A stretch of 64,000 bases of DNA from the NCBI GenBank assembly GCA_040005235.1, contig JBDTZG010000019.1, positions 1 to 64,000 on the forward strand, in the 5' to 3' direction. The position numbers were made by a program, and so were the translations under genes. Below the pieces are notes generated by a model that made no database searches, was not told the origin of the DNA, and saw only the letters and a program-made list of their open reading frames with translations. The stretch is from Acidobacteriota bacterium (GTDB lineage: Bacteria > Acidobacteriota > Thermoanaerobaculia > Multivoradales > UBA5704). Shown piece after piece: positions 30,741 to 40,585 of this stretch (its first letter is position 1; each line of letters opens with the position of its first letter).

Positions 30741-31670
30741 ATGAGCGCACGACACGTACTTTCGCTGGCGGATCTCGATGCCGCGACGATCCGCCGGATC
30801 GTCGATCAGGCCGTCGCGATCGGCGCCGGCAAGCCGTATGGCAAGCCGCTCGCCGACAAGGTGGTCGGCGTGTATTTCAAGAAGACTTCGACCCGCACGC
30901 GCACCGGTTTTACAGTCGGCGCCATGAAGCTCGGCGCCTCGGTGATCTCCTACGGGCCGGACGACTTGCAAATCAAAACCGGCGAGACGCTCGAAGACAC
31001 CGCGCGCGTGCTCGAAAATTACCTCGACGCCCTGGTCATCCGCACCAACGAGTCCGTAGAAGAGATGCGCGCGCTCGCCGACGCGGGAAATCTGCCGATC
31101 GTAAACGCCATGAGCGACTCCGAGCACCCGACTCAGGCGCTGTGCGACCTGGCGGCGCTCGAAGAGCACTTCGGCCGCCTCGAAGGGCTCCACGTCCTCT
31201 ACATCGGCGAGGGGAACAACACGACGACCGCCCTCGCCCGCGGGTTCGGCAAGCTGCCGAACATGACGCTCACGATCGTCACCCCCGAGGGGTACGGCAT
31301 TCCGGACGCGGTGGTCGCCGAGGCGCAAGGGTATGCGGCTTCGACCGGCTCGAAGATCGAGCAGCATCACAGCATGGACGACCTGCCGCACGGGGTGGAC
31401 GCGGTCTACTCCACCCGCTGGATGACCATGGGCGTGCAGAAGAAGGACGCCGATTGGCTGGAGCGCTTCCGGCCTTACACGATCGATCCCGCCGTGATGG
31501 CCCGGGTGTCCAAGAGCGACACGATCTTCATGCACGACCTACCCGCCATGCGCGGCTTCGAGGTGGTGGACGATGTGCTCGATGGGCCGCAGAGCATCGC
31601 GTTTCGCCAGGCGTTCCACAAGATGTCGAGCGCGATGGGCGTACTGATGTACTGCATCCTGGGGCACTAG
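30741..31670 (+). CDS. Ornithine carbamoyltransferase-family transcarbamylase with non-canonical substrate motifs
   Basis: FKKTSTRTR and HPTQ present, but STRWMTMG and MHDLPA replace DxxxSMG and HCLP. Confidence 0.85.
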   Translation: MSARHVLSLADLDAATIRRIVDQAVAIGAGKPYGKPLADKVVGVYFKKTSTRTRTGFTVGAMKLGASVISYGPDDLQIKTGETLEDTARVLENYLDALVIRTNESVEEMRALADAGNLPIVNAMSDSEHPTQALCDLAALEEHFGRLEGLHVLYIGEGNNTTTALARGFGKLPNMTLTIVTPEGYGIPDAVVAEAQGYAASTGSKIEQHHSMDDLPHGVDAVYSTRWMTMGVQKKDADWLERFRPYTIDPAVMARVSKSDTIFMHDLPAMRGFEVVDDVLDGPQSIAFRQAFHKMSSAMGVLMYCILGH

Positions 31671-31721
31671 AAGCAACGGCCGTCCCACGGTTGGGTCCGC
31701 GGGCGGGAAGGGTGCCGTATC

Positions 31722-32426
31722 ATGGGGTCTACGCCGATGGCCGACTCCCGCACGCTTCCCGACCCGCTGCCGATCTTTCCGCTCACGGGGACGCTCCTCC
31801 TACCCGCCAACTGGCTGCCGCTCAACATCTTCGAGCGGCGATACCTGGCGATGGTCGAGGACGCGATGGCCGAGGGCAAGACGATCGGCATGATCCAGCC
31901 GCTCACCGCGCGCCAGGACAACGCTCCTCCCTACGAGGTGCTGCTCGAAGAGATCGAGGATCACCCCTCGCTTTACCGCGTCGGCTGTGCCGGCCGGATC
32001 GAAAAGTGCGAGCGACAGCCGGACGGCCGATTCCTGATTCTGCTGCGCGGTGTGTCCCGCTTCCGGATCGCGACCGAGCTGCCGCTCCATCGCGGCTACC
32101 GCCGGGTCGTGCCCGACTACGGCGGCTTCGCGCGCGACGAGGCGGAGGGCTCGGTGCAGCTCGATCCCCGCCGCCTGCTTGCGGCGGTGCGCGCCTTCGC
32201 CGGCCGCCAGGGACTCGAATTCGACGACGAGGTGCTGAACGCGCTCCCCGGCATCTCGCTGCTCAACGGCCTCTCGGTCGCCCTGCCGTTCCGTTCGGAC
32301 GAAAAACAGGCGCTGCTCGAAGCCGAAACCCCTGCCGAGCGCGAAGAGATGCTCCTCACCTTGCTCGGCATGGGCGTCGACTTGGTCGACCTGGAAGATC
32401 ACTACGTCCCGCCGATCCTCAACTGA
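31722..32426 (+). CDS. LON peptidase substrate-binding (Lon-N) domain protein
   Basis: LPIFPL..LLLP...LPLNIFE.RY; VGCAGRI; DGRF.I.L.G..RF; EKQALLEA. Confidence 0.9.
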   Translation: MGSTPMADSRTLPDPLPIFPLTGTLLLPANWLPLNIFERRYLAMVEDAMAEGKTIGMIQPLTARQDNAPPYEVLLEEIEDHPSLYRVGCAGRIEKCERQPDGRFLILLRGVSRFRIATELPLHRGYRRVVPDYGGFARDEAEGSVQLDPRRLLAAVRAFAGRQGLEFDDEVLNALPGISLLNGLSVALPFRSDEKQALLEAETPAEREEMLLTLLGMGVDLVDLEDHYVPPILN

Positions 32427-32433
32427 GCTGCTC

Positions 32434-33573
32434 GTGGGTCCCGGCCTCTACCTCCACGTCCCGTTCTGCTCCGCGATTTGCCCCTACTGCGATTTCGCCG
32501 TGCTCACGGGGGGCACCGAAAAACGCCGCCGCTTCGTCGCGTCGCTGCTCGACGAGATCGCCCTCTGGGCCGGCTCCGAATGGAACGGCTTCGATACGAT
32601 CTACTTCGGCGGCGGAACCCCCTCGGCGCTTGGCACGGAGCAGATCGGCGAGATCCTTGAAGCCATCTACGCGACCTTTCCGGAAAGCCGTGACGCGCGG
32701 ATCTTCCTCGAAGCGAACCCGGAGGACGCGAGCCCCGAAGCCTTCGCCGCGCTCCGCGCCCTTGGGCTAGCGACGCTGTCGCTCGGGGTTCAGACCTTCG
32801 AGCCCGCTGAGCTGGCCTTCCTGGGCCGCCGCCATACGCCGGAACAGGCCGAACGCTCATTTCATCTCGCGCGAGAAGCGGGATTCCCGACCGTCTCGGT
32901 CGATCTGATCTTCGGCCTCCCCGACCAGGCACCCAGCGCCTGGCGCCGTTCTCTCGAAGCTGCCGTCCGCCTGGGCGCCGATCACGTCTCCTGCTACCAG
33001 CTGACGATCCACGAAGGGACCCCATTCGGCTTCCGCCGCGACCGCGGCCAACTCGCCGAAATGCCCGAGCCCGCGCAGGCCGAGATCTTCCACCTCACCC
33101 ACCAACTTTTGGGCGACGCCGGCTACGAGGCCTACGAAGTCTCAAACTTCGCCCTCGCCCCGGAACACCGCTCGCGCCACAACCAGAAATACTGGCGCCA
33201 TGTCCCCTACCTCGGCCTAGGTCCCTCCGCCCACTCCTTCGACGGCAAGCGCCGTTGGTGGAACGAACGAAAGCTCGGGCCTTGGGAAGCGAAGATCGAG
33301 CAAAGCGAACGGCCGATCGCGGAAGAGGAAACGCTCACCGCCGGCAATCTGGCGCTCGAAGCTCTGATGCTCGGGCTCCGGACGAAAGAGGGACTCGATC
33401 TCCGGGGTTTTCAGGAGCGCTATGGAGTGGATCTCGAAACGACGAACGCCGACTTGATCGAGCGGGCCATCGGCAGCAGCCTCCTGATTCGGGAAGGGGA
33501 GAGGCTCAAGCCCACTCGCGGGGGCCTTGCGGTAGCCGACGGGTTGGCGCGGGATTTTGAGGTTGGGAAGTAG
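32434..33573 (+). CDS. hemW: Radical SAM heme chaperone HemW
   Basis: LYLHVPFCSAICPYCDF, YFGGGTPS, EANP, YEVSNFA, HNQKYW, YLGLGPSAHS. Confidence 0.93.
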   Translation: MGPGLYLHVPFCSAICPYCDFAVLTGGTEKRRRFVASLLDEIALWAGSEWNGFDTIYFGGGTPSALGTEQIGEILEAIYATFPESRDARIFLEANPEDASPEAFAALRALGLATLSLGVQTFEPAELAFLGRRHTPEQAERSFHLAREAGFPTVSVDLIFGLPDQAPSAWRRSLEAAVRLGADHVSCYQLTIHEGTPFGFRRDRGQLAEMPEPAQAEIFHLTHQLLGDAGYEAYEVSNFALAPEHRSRHNQKYWRHVPYLGLGPSAHSFDGKRRWWNERKLGPWEAKIEQSERPIAEEETLTAGNLALEALMLGLRTKEGLDLRGFQERYGVDLETTNADLIERAIGSSLLIREGERLKPTRGGLAVADGLARDFEVGK

Positions 33574-33633
33574 GGGGCGCACCGCAACTAAGGCCCGGGC
33601 GACGGCAGGCGCCGCCCGGTATTTCCCGCCCGG

Positions 33634-34236
33634 CTACTTCTTCCGATTCGCTACGATCACCATTGACGGCACGAGTTTGCCCGTGGCGTCGGTGTAGAAC
33701 GACTCGTTCTTGAACGAATCGTCGCTCAGCCAGGTAATGACCGTCTTGGTCACGGACTTCTGTCCGGACATCGGGTCCATCATGTCGCCCGCGTAGGTGA
33801 TGCTCTTGCCGTCCGCCGAGGGGTTGCCGGCCATGTACATGATCCCGGTGCCCGCGTTGTCGATCCAGGAGACCACGTAATGGTGCGCGAGGTTGTCGTA
33901 GCCGTCGGTGCCATGACCTTCAAAGGGCTGGCCCATGAAGGTGCCTTTCCAGGTCGAGGCGACGTAGCGGCCGCCGAGCATCCACTCGGAGTGGACGGTG
34001 CCGGTCGATTCCGCCGGCGGTGCGGTCGGGTCCATGTACATCTTGAGGCCATAGGTCCAATCGCCGACGTACTTGCCGATCAGCTTGTGCTGCTCGCCGG
34101 GGCTCATGGCTTTCATCATCGCTTCCATCATGGCCGGGTCCATACCCTTCGCGGCGGGCGGATCGGCGGCCAAAGCGGTCGCTGCCGGGACCGCGGCGAG
34201 CAGGGTGGCGAGGGCTAGGAGCGGAAATCGTTTCAT
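33634..34236 (-). CDS. DUF1579 family secreted protein
   Basis: Signal peptide; PGEQHK...VGDW; LGGRY; FMGQPFEG.G.DGYDN; WIDN.GT. Confidence 0.85.
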   Translation of the reverse strand: MKRFPLLALATLLAAVPAATALAADPPAAKGMDPAMMEAMMKAMSPGEQHKLIGKYVGDWTYGLKMYMDPTAPPAESTGTVHSEWMLGGRYVASTWKGTFMGQPFEGHGTDGYDNLAHHYVVSWIDNAGTGIMYMAGNPSADGKSITYAGDMMDPMSGQKSVTKTVITWLSDDSFKNESFYTDATGKLVPSMVIVANRKK

Positions 34237-34490
34237 GGCGGGTTCTCCTTGTGGTGCGTTCTTCTGTGGATCGAGGACCGGCTGCTGAGGGCGGAGCCGG
34301 TCGGGCTTGTGCTTACGCTCGGTTTACGCTTACGCTAACAGCGCGCCTCGGCGTTCGTCAAGAGACTGCTGGGAACCGGCCCGCGAAGGGCCGGGCAGTC
34401 CATCCGGGTTACCGTCGGGAATCGTCGGGTATCATCCGCGCCCGCGGCCCCGGCGAACGCTCGGGCGCCACGAGGAATTTCGAACCGATT

Positions 34491-36395
34491 ATGTCCCAAC
34501 CGACCTACGACGCCTCCGCCATCGAGGTTTTGACCGGCCTGGAACCGGTGCGCAAGCGCCCCGGGATGTACACCCATACCGACCGGCCGGACCACCTGGC
34601 GCAAGAGGTGATCGACAACGCGGCCGACGAGGCGATCGCCGGGCACTGCTCGCTGATCGAGGTCGATTTGTACCAGGACGGCTCGCTCGCGGTCGCGGAC
34701 GACGGGCGCGGCATGCCGGTCGATCTCCATCCGGGCGAAAAGGTCTCGGGGGTCGAGGTGATTCTCACCCGTCTGCACGCCGGGGCGAAGTTTTCGGACA
34801 AGAGCTACCGCTTCTCGGGTGGCCTCCATGGAGTCGGCGTCTCGGTCGTGAATGCCCTCTCGAAGCGGCTCGACGTCTGGGTCCGTCGCGGCGGCAAAGA
34901 GCACCACATGGCGTTTGCCGACGGGACGAAGATCGAAAAGCTCGAAGTCGTGGGCACCGTGGGCCAGCGCAACACGGGGACCACCGTCCGCTTCTGGCCC
35001 GATCCGAAGTTCTTCGATTCGCCGAAAATGACGGTCGGGAAGATCAAACACTCGCTGCGTGCGAAGGCCGTCCTCTGTCCCGGACTGCGCATCCGCTTCC
35101 GGCATGAAGGGGCGCCGGACGACGCGGAGGAGTGGTTCTATCAGGACGGCCTGACCGACTATTTGACCGATGCGCTGGGGTCCGCGGAGCGGATTCCCGA
35201 TCCGCCGTTCGTCGGCCATTTCAAGGGGAACGACGAAGAGGTCGACTGGGCCGTGGTTTGGCTGCCGCCGGATGCCGAAACCCCCGACGCCGTGTTGGCC
35301 GAGAGCTACGTGAACCTGATCCCCACGGTGCAAGGGGGCACGCACGTCAACGGCTTCCGCGCGGGGCTCACCGAAGCGATCCGCGAGTTCTGCGAGTTCC
35401 GCGACCTGCTGCCGCGCGGAGTGAAGCTCGCGCCCGAGGACGTCTGGGGGCGTTGCGCCTATCTCCTCTCGGTCCGTTTGAAGGAGCCGCAGTTCACCGG
35501 TCAGACGAAAGAGCGATTGTCCTCGCGCGAGACCGCGGCGTTCGTCTCGGGCGTCACGCAGGACGCGTTCGGCCTCTGGCTCAACCAACACACGACGGAC
35601 GCCGAGCGAATCGCCCGCCTGGCGATCGACAGTGCTCAGGCACGGCTTCGGGCGGGGAAGAAGGTCCTTCGGAAGACGGTGACCAGCGGGCCGGCGCTGC
35701 CGGGCAAGCTCGCCGACTGTTCGAGCCAGGATCTAAGCCAGACCGAGCTGTTCCTGGTCGAAGGCGATTCCGCCGGCGGCTCGGCCAAGCAGGCGCGAAG
35801 CCGCGAGTTCCAGGCGATCCTGCCGCTTCGCGGAAAGATCCTGAACACTTGGGAAGTCGATTCAAGCGAGGTGCTGGGTTCGCAGGAGGTCCACGACATC
35901 GCGGTGGCGTTGGGGGTCGATCCGGGAAGCGGCAAGATCGACGGCCTGCGCTACGGCAAGATCTGCATTCTGGCCGATGCGGATTCGGACGGCGCCCACA
36001 TCGCAACGCTCCTCTGCGCCCTGTTCGTCAAACATTTCCGCGCCCTGATTGAAGATGGCCGGATCTATGTGGCGATGCCGCCGCTGTTCCGCATCGACGT
36101 GGGGAAAGAAGTCCACTACGCCCTCGACGAGCAGGAGAAGAAAGGCATCCTCGACCGCCTTGCCGCCGAAGGCAAACGCGGCAAGCCGAACGTTCAACGC
36201 TTCAAGGGCCTGGGAGAGATGAACCCCCTCCAGCTGCGCGAAACCACCATGGCTCCGGATACCAGGCGCCTGGTCCAGCTCAACATCCCGCCCGAGGACG
36301 ATGTCGAGAAGCTGATGGATTTGCTGCTTGCAAAAGGCAGAAGCGCCGATAGGCGCGAGTGGCTGACGCGGAAGGGCAACCTGGCGGAGGTATGA
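34491..36395 (+). CDS. parE: DNA topoisomerase IV subunit B
   Basis: IEVLTGLEPVRKRPGMY, GLHGVGVSVVNALS, LVEGDSAGGSAKQ, DADSDG, QRFKGLGEMNP. Confidence 0.97.
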   Translation: MSQPTYDASAIEVLTGLEPVRKRPGMYTHTDRPDHLAQEVIDNAADEAIAGHCSLIEVDLYQDGSLAVADDGRGMPVDLHPGEKVSGVEVILTRLHAGAKFSDKSYRFSGGLHGVGVSVVNALSKRLDVWVRRGGKEHHMAFADGTKIEKLEVVGTVGQRNTGTTVRFWPDPKFFDSPKMTVGKIKHSLRAKAVLCPGLRIRFRHEGAPDDAEEWFYQDGLTDYLTDALGSAERIPDPPFVGHFKGNDEEVDWAVVWLPPDAETPDAVLAESYVNLIPTVQGGTHVNGFRAGLTEAIREFCEFRDLLPRGVKLAPEDVWGRCAYLLSVRLKEPQFTGQTKERLSSRETAAFVSGVTQDAFGLWLNQHTTDAERIARLAIDSAQARLRAGKKVLRKTVTSGPALPGKLADCSSQDLSQTELFLVEGDSAGGSAKQARSREFQAILPLRGKILNTWEVDSSEVLGSQEVHDIAVALGVDPGSGKIDGLRYGKICILADADSDGAHIATLLCALFVKHFRALIEDGRIYVAMPPLFRIDVGKEVHYALDEQEKKGILDRLAAEGKRGKPNVQRFKGLGEMNPLQLRETTMAPDTRRLVQLNIPPEDDVEKLMDLLLAKGRSADRREWLTRKGNLAEV

Positions 36396-36444
36396 AGGTG
36401 TTAAAGTTTGAGGAGGCGTTCGAAGGAATCGCAAGGAGGAATCC

Positions 36445-36663
36445 ATGAAGAGCCAAGAGATCGAACCGGAAGCTTCTTCGAGCGAAACTCTCTTCGCGGA
36501 GGCTCGCGAGTTCGCCCGACAGCTCCTCGAAGAGCGAGAAAAGAACGCGCTCCTGCCGCGTAGCGAAGATCCGTTTTTCCTCGACGATGAGGTTTGGGAA
36601 GGCCATACGCCTGGGGATGTTGCGCTTCGACACGATGCCTATCTCTATGGGGACAAGAGTTGA
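36445..36663 (+). CDS. Putative antitoxin (VapB-like)
   Basis: AAGGAGG RBS; acidic 72 aa ending DVALRHDAYLYG; overlaps the PIN gene start. Confidence 0.75.
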   Translation: MKSQEIEPEASSSETLFAEAREFARQLLEEREKNALLPRSEDPFFLDDEVWEGHTPGDVALRHDAYLYGDKS

Positions 36664-37067
36664 TCTTTGTCGATACGGGTCCATTGGTTGCGCGGTATCT
36701 CAAGAACGATCAACTCCACGGCGTAGCGGTGGCGATCTGGCATGAGCTCGAAAGAGGCCGAGAGTCTTTCGCTCTGAGCAGCCTGGTGCTCGCCGAGACC
36801 CTCAATCTATTGTCGCAACGAGCGGATCCGGGATTTGCCGCCAGAAAAGGCCGCAAACTGATCGGCTCAAATTCCTTTCGGCTCTTCCGTCCGAATCTCG
36901 AAGAAGAAGCGAACGCATTGTGGATGATGGAGAAGTTCTCGGATCAAGAAGTTGGCTTCACGGACTGTGTCTCTTTCGCATTGATGAAGACCCATCGCAT
37001 TCGCCGCGTTTTCACTTTCGATCGCCACTTCGACATTCCCGGTTTCGAGCGTTTCCCTCTCTCCTAG
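36660..37067 (+). CDS. vapC: PIN-domain toxin (VapC family)
   Basis: IFVDTG, VLAET, GFTDCVSFALM and FTFDRHF motifs; TTG start overlapping the antitoxin TGA. Confidence 0.9.
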   Translation: MIFVDTGPLVARYLKNDQLHGVAVAIWHELERGRESFALSSLVLAETLNLLSQRADPGFAARKGRKLIGSNSFRLFRPNLEEEANALWMMEKFSDQEVGFTDCVSFALMKTHRIRRVFTFDRHFDIPGFERFPLS

Positions 37068-37070
37068 CCC

Positions 37071-39338
37071 ATGGCCAAATCAACCCGCACCTCCACCCCG
37101 CGCCTGCCGCTTTTGGCGTTTGGCGACGTCGACATCGAGAAGATGCGGCTCGGGGAGTTCACCGAGAAGGCGTACCTCGATTATTCGATGTACGTGATTC
37201 TGGATCGCGCGCTTCCTTCGTTGACGGATGGGCTGAAACCCGTGCAGCGGCGGATCATCTATGCGATGTCCGAGCTAGGGCTTTCGGCTGCTTCGAAGCA
37301 CAAGAAGTCGGCGCGCACGGTGGGCGATGTGCTGGGCAAATACCATCCGCATGGCGACTCGGCTTGTTACGAGGCGATGGTGTTGATGGCGCAACCGTTT
37401 TCGTTGCGCTATCCGCTGGTCGACGGCCAGGGGAACTGGGGCTCGCAGGACGATCCGAAATCGTTCGCAGCGATGCGCTATACCGAGGCGCGGCTTACCC
37501 GCTTCGCGCAGGTGCTGCTCTCCGAGCTGGGCGAGGGGACCGTCGAGTGGGGAGCGAATTTCGACGGCACGCTGGATGAGCCGAAGCAGATGCCGGCCCG
37601 GCTGCCGCATGTGCTGTTGAACGGGGCCTCCGGAATCGCGGTCGGCATGGCGACCGACATTCCGCCGCACAACGCGCGGGAGGTGGTGGCCGCCGCGATC
37701 CATCTGCTCGATCATCCGAAGGCGACGGTCGAAGATCTCTGCGAGCACATCGCGGGACCGGACTTTCCGACCGAGGCGGAGATCATCTCGCCGCGGGCAG
37801 AGCTGCAAAAGATTTACGAGACGGGAGCGGGTTCCGTGCGCCTGCGCGCGGCGTGGGAAATGGAAGGCAACGACGTGATCGTCACCGCCCTTCCGTACCA
37901 GGTTTCGGGCAGCAAGGTGCTCGCCCAGATCGCGGCGCAGATGCAGGCCAAGAAGCTGCCGATGGTCGAAGATCTGCGCGACGAGTCGGATCACGAAAAT
38001 CCGACCCGCCTGGTGATCACGCCGCGCTCGAACCGGGTGGACGCGGAAGGTCTGATGGCGCACCTGTTCGCGACCACGGAGCTCGAACGGACCTATAGGG
38101 TGAATCTGACCATGATCGGCCTCGATGGCCGGCCGCGTCAGTACGACCTGCGCTCGATCCTCTCCGAGTGGCTCGAATTCCGGATCGAAACCGTGCGGCG
38201 CCGCCTGCGCCATCGCTACGATCAGGTTTTGACCCGGCTCCACCTGCTCGAAGGGTTCCTGATCGCCTACCTCAATCTCGACGAGGTAATCCGGATCATC
38301 CGCACCGAAGACGAGCCGAAGCTGCGCCTGATCGAGCGTTTCGCCCTCTCCGACGCGCAGGCCGAGGCAATCCTCGAAACCAAGCTGCGCCACCTCGCGA
38401 AGCTCGAAGAGATGAAGATCCGCGGCGAGCGGGCGGACCTGGAAAAAGAGCGCGCCGATCTGGAGAAGACTTTGTCGTCCGAGGGGCGGCTGAGGAAGAA
38501 GGTGCGAGACGAGCTGGAGCGCGACGTAGCGACCTTTGGCGACGCGCGCCGCTCGCCGATGGTCGAGCGCGAAGCGGCGAAAGCGATGGCCGAGACCGAG
38601 CTGGTCCCTTCCGAGGCGGTGACCGTAATCCTCTCCGAAAAGGGCTGGGTGCGCGCCGCCAAGGGGCACGAGGTGGACGCGGCGGGTCTGCCCTACAAAT
38701 CGGGCGACACATTCCTCCAAGCGGCCACCGGCCGGACCAACCAGTCGGCTCTGTTCCTCGATTCTACGGGACGCTCCTATGCGCTCCCCGCCCACCTGCT
38801 CCCCTCGGCCCGAGGCCACGGCGAACCGCTCTCCTCGCAGCTTCAACCGCCCGACGGCGCCCACTTCGTCGCCCTGTTGATGGGCGCGGATGACGATCTC
38901 TATCTCGTCGCCACCTCGGCGGGCTACGGCTTCCTGGTACGCCTCGGCGAGCTCGCCAGCCGCAACCGGGCGGGCAAAGCGGTCCTGAACGTCACCCCGG
39001 GCTCGAAGGTGCTGCCGCCGGTCAAGGTGACCGACCTCGAATCCAGCCGCCTCGTGGCCGCGACCGACGGTGGCCGGCTCCTCCTCTTCCCGCTCGCCGA
39101 AATGCCCGAGCTGGCCCGCGGCAAAGGGGTGAAGATTCTAAACCTCTCGACGAAAGAGAAGGAATCGATCGTGGCGCTCGCGGTCCTGCCGCCTGGCGGG
39201 CACTTGAAGCTCCACGCCGGCAAACGCTACCTCGCCCTCAGGCCCGCCGACCTCGAACCGTTCGCCGGGAAACGCGCCGCACGCGGCGCGAAGCTGCCGA
39301 GGGGGTTCCAGAATGTGGGGAGCTTGGAGGTCGAGTAG
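37071..39338 (+). CDS. parC: DNA topoisomerase IV subunit A
   Basis: [41 protein letters not shown] (catalytic Tyr). Confidence 0.97.
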   Translation: MAKSTRTSTPRLPLLAFGDVDIEKMRLGEFTEKAYLDYSMYVILDRALPSLTDGLKPVQRRIIYAMSELGLSAASKHKKSARTVGDVLGKYHPHGDSACYEAMVLMAQPFSLRYPLVDGQGNWGSQDDPKSFAAMRYTEARLTRFAQVLLSELGEGTVEWGANFDGTLDEPKQMPARLPHVLLNGASGIAVGMATDIPPHNAREVVAAAIHLLDHPKATVEDLCEHIAGPDFPTEAEIISPRAELQKIYETGAGSVRLRAAWEMEGNDVIVTALPYQVSGSKVLAQIAAQMQAKKLPMVEDLRDESDHENPTRLVITPRSNRVDAEGLMAHLFATTELERTYRVNLTMIGLDGRPRQYDLRSILSEWLEFRIETVRRRLRHRYDQVLTRLHLLEGFLIAYLNLDEVIRIIRTEDEPKLRLIERFALSDAQAEAILETKLRHLAKLEEMKIRGERADLEKERADLEKTLSSEGRLRKKVRDELERDVATFGDARRSPMVEREAAKAMAETELVPSEAVTVILSEKGWVRAAKGHEVDAAGLPYKSGDTFLQAATGRTNQSALFLDSTGRSYALPAHLLPSARGHGEPLSSQLQPPDGAHFVALLMGADDDLYLVATSAGYGFLVRLGELASRNRAGKAVLNVTPGSKVLPPVKVTDLESSRLVAATDGGRLLLFPLAEMPELARGKGVKILNLSTKEKESIVALAVLPPGGHLKLHAGKRYLALRPADLEPFAGKRAARGAKLPRGFQNVGSLEVE

Positions 39339-39340
39339 AC

Positions 39341-39428
39341 GGGTCGCGGTTCGCGGCCCAAAGGGTCGCGTTTTCGTTAGCCCAGGCCGACGGCCTGGGT
39401 CACCGTGTCGCCATGGTCGCGACCCTAC
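39341..39428. repeat. Nested palindromic (REP-like) element between convergent genes
   Basis: Outer GGGTCGCG...CGCGACCC encloses hairpins CGCGGCCC-AAA-GGGTCGCG and CCCAGGCC-GAC-GGCCTGGG. Confidence 0.55.
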
Positions 39429-40399
39429 GGAATCAGCAACACCTTCCCCGAACTCTTCCGGCTCTCCAGAAACGCATGCGCCGCGGCGCCTTGGCCGAGG
39501 GGGAAGCGGGCGGCGATCGTTACTCGTAGCGCTTCCTGCCGAACCCAGCCGAACAGCTCGGCCGCGCGGGTGCGGCGATCCTCTCCGGTGCGTAAGACGT
39601 TCCAGAGATCGCCGCCGGTGATTCGCTTCGAGGTGTCCATCAGCATGCGGGGATCGACGAGCGGCGGGTCCCCTCCGGCCATGCCGAAGAAAACGACGTG
39701 GCCGCCGGTCCGGGTTGCGGCGAAGCTTTCGGTGAGGGTAGAGCCGATCGAATCGTAGACCACGTCGACGCCTTCTCCGTACGAAAAATCTCGGGCCGCC
39801 TGAACCCAATCGTCGCCGTAAAGCGCGGTCGCCTCGGCGCCCGCGGCGAGGATCGCCGCCGCTTTGCCTTCGCCGGAGGTGAGGCCGAGTACCCGGGCAC
39901 CGAGCCGTTTCGCGATCTGCACCAGCAGCAGACCGACCCCGCCGGCCGCAGCGTGGACCAGAACGCTCTCCCCGGGTTCGATCGGATGGCTGTCGCGGGT
40001 GAGGTATTGGGCGGTAAGCCCTTGGAGCAGAAGTGCCGCGCCGGTCTCATACGAAATGTCGTCCGGCAACGGAATCAGCTTCTCGAACGGCACGGAAACC
40101 AGCTCCGCGTTGGCCAAGGGGCTGTCCGCAAATCCAACCCGGTCGCCGATTTGAACAGGAGACGCCGCTCCTTCCGCCGGTTCGATCGCCTCGACCACCC
40201 CCGCCGCTTCGTACCCCGCGATATAGGGCGGTGCGCCCACCAGGTGGTAGTTCCCGCGACGGCGATAGACGTCCGCGAAGTTGAGGCCGATCGCGCGGGT
40301 TCGCACCAGAGCGTGCCCCGGAGGGAGGATGGGATCGGGGATCTCGCGGAGCTGGAGCACTTCCGGCCCGCCGAAGCTGTCGAAGACCAGGGCTTTCAT
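39425..40399 (-). CDS. qor: NADPH:quinone oxidoreductase (zeta-crystallin/MDR family)
   Basis: FGGPEVL, GLNFAD, GYEAAG, LVHAAAGGVG, GVDVVYDSIG, GKVLL. Confidence 0.92.
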   Translation of the reverse strand: MKALVFDSFGGPEVLQLREIPDPILPPGHALVRTRAIGLNFADVYRRRGNYHLVGAPPYIAGYEAAGVVEAIEPAEGAASPVQIGDRVGFADSPLANAELVSVPFEKLIPLPDDISYETGAALLLQGLTAQYLTRDSHPIEPGESVLVHAAAGGVGLLLVQIAKRLGARVLGLTSGEGKAAAILAAGAEATALYGDDWVQAARDFSYGEGVDVVYDSIGSTLTESFAATRTGGHVVFFGMAGGDPPLVDPRMLMDTSKRITGGDLWNVLRTGEDRRTRAAELFGWVRQEALRVTIAARFPLGQGAAAHAFLESRKSSGKVLLIP

Positions 40400-40403
40400 C
40401 TGC

Positions 40404-40583
40404 CTACTCCGCCTTCTCCACCCGCACGTCCAAATCGCCGTAGCGGTCGCGGTGGATGGTCAGCTCCCAGGGGTTGCAGCAGACTTCGCAGTCTTGCACC
40501 TGTTTGCCCCATTGGTCGGATTCGATGGCGACTTCGATCCGCTCGCCGCAGTAGGGGCACTGGATTTCTACCCAGTCGGTCAT
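40404..40583 (-). CDS. CPXCG-motif cysteine-rich protein, 59 aa (absent from the ORF track)
   Basis: Hand translation MTDWVEIQCPYCGERIEVAIESDQWGKQVQDCEVCCNPWELTIHRDRYGDLDVRVEKAE; packed tightly between EVE and qor. Confidence 0.9.
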   Translation of the reverse strand: MTDWVEIQCPYCGERIEVAIESDQWGKQVQDCEVCCNPWELTIHRDRYGDLDVRVEKAE

Positions 40584-40585
40584 TT

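Noticed and set aside
32434-33573. Radical SAM enzyme as maturase of the 720-899 peptide
   Set aside because: Motifs identify it as HemW; it has no SPASM or RRE domain and is over 31 kb away.
34312-34337. Short TTACGCT repeats upstream of parE
   Set aside because: Only three short copies, too little to call a regulatory site.
34491-36395. GyrB or a ParE toxin
   Set aside because: Length, motifs and pairing with ParC indicate topoisomerase IV subunit B.
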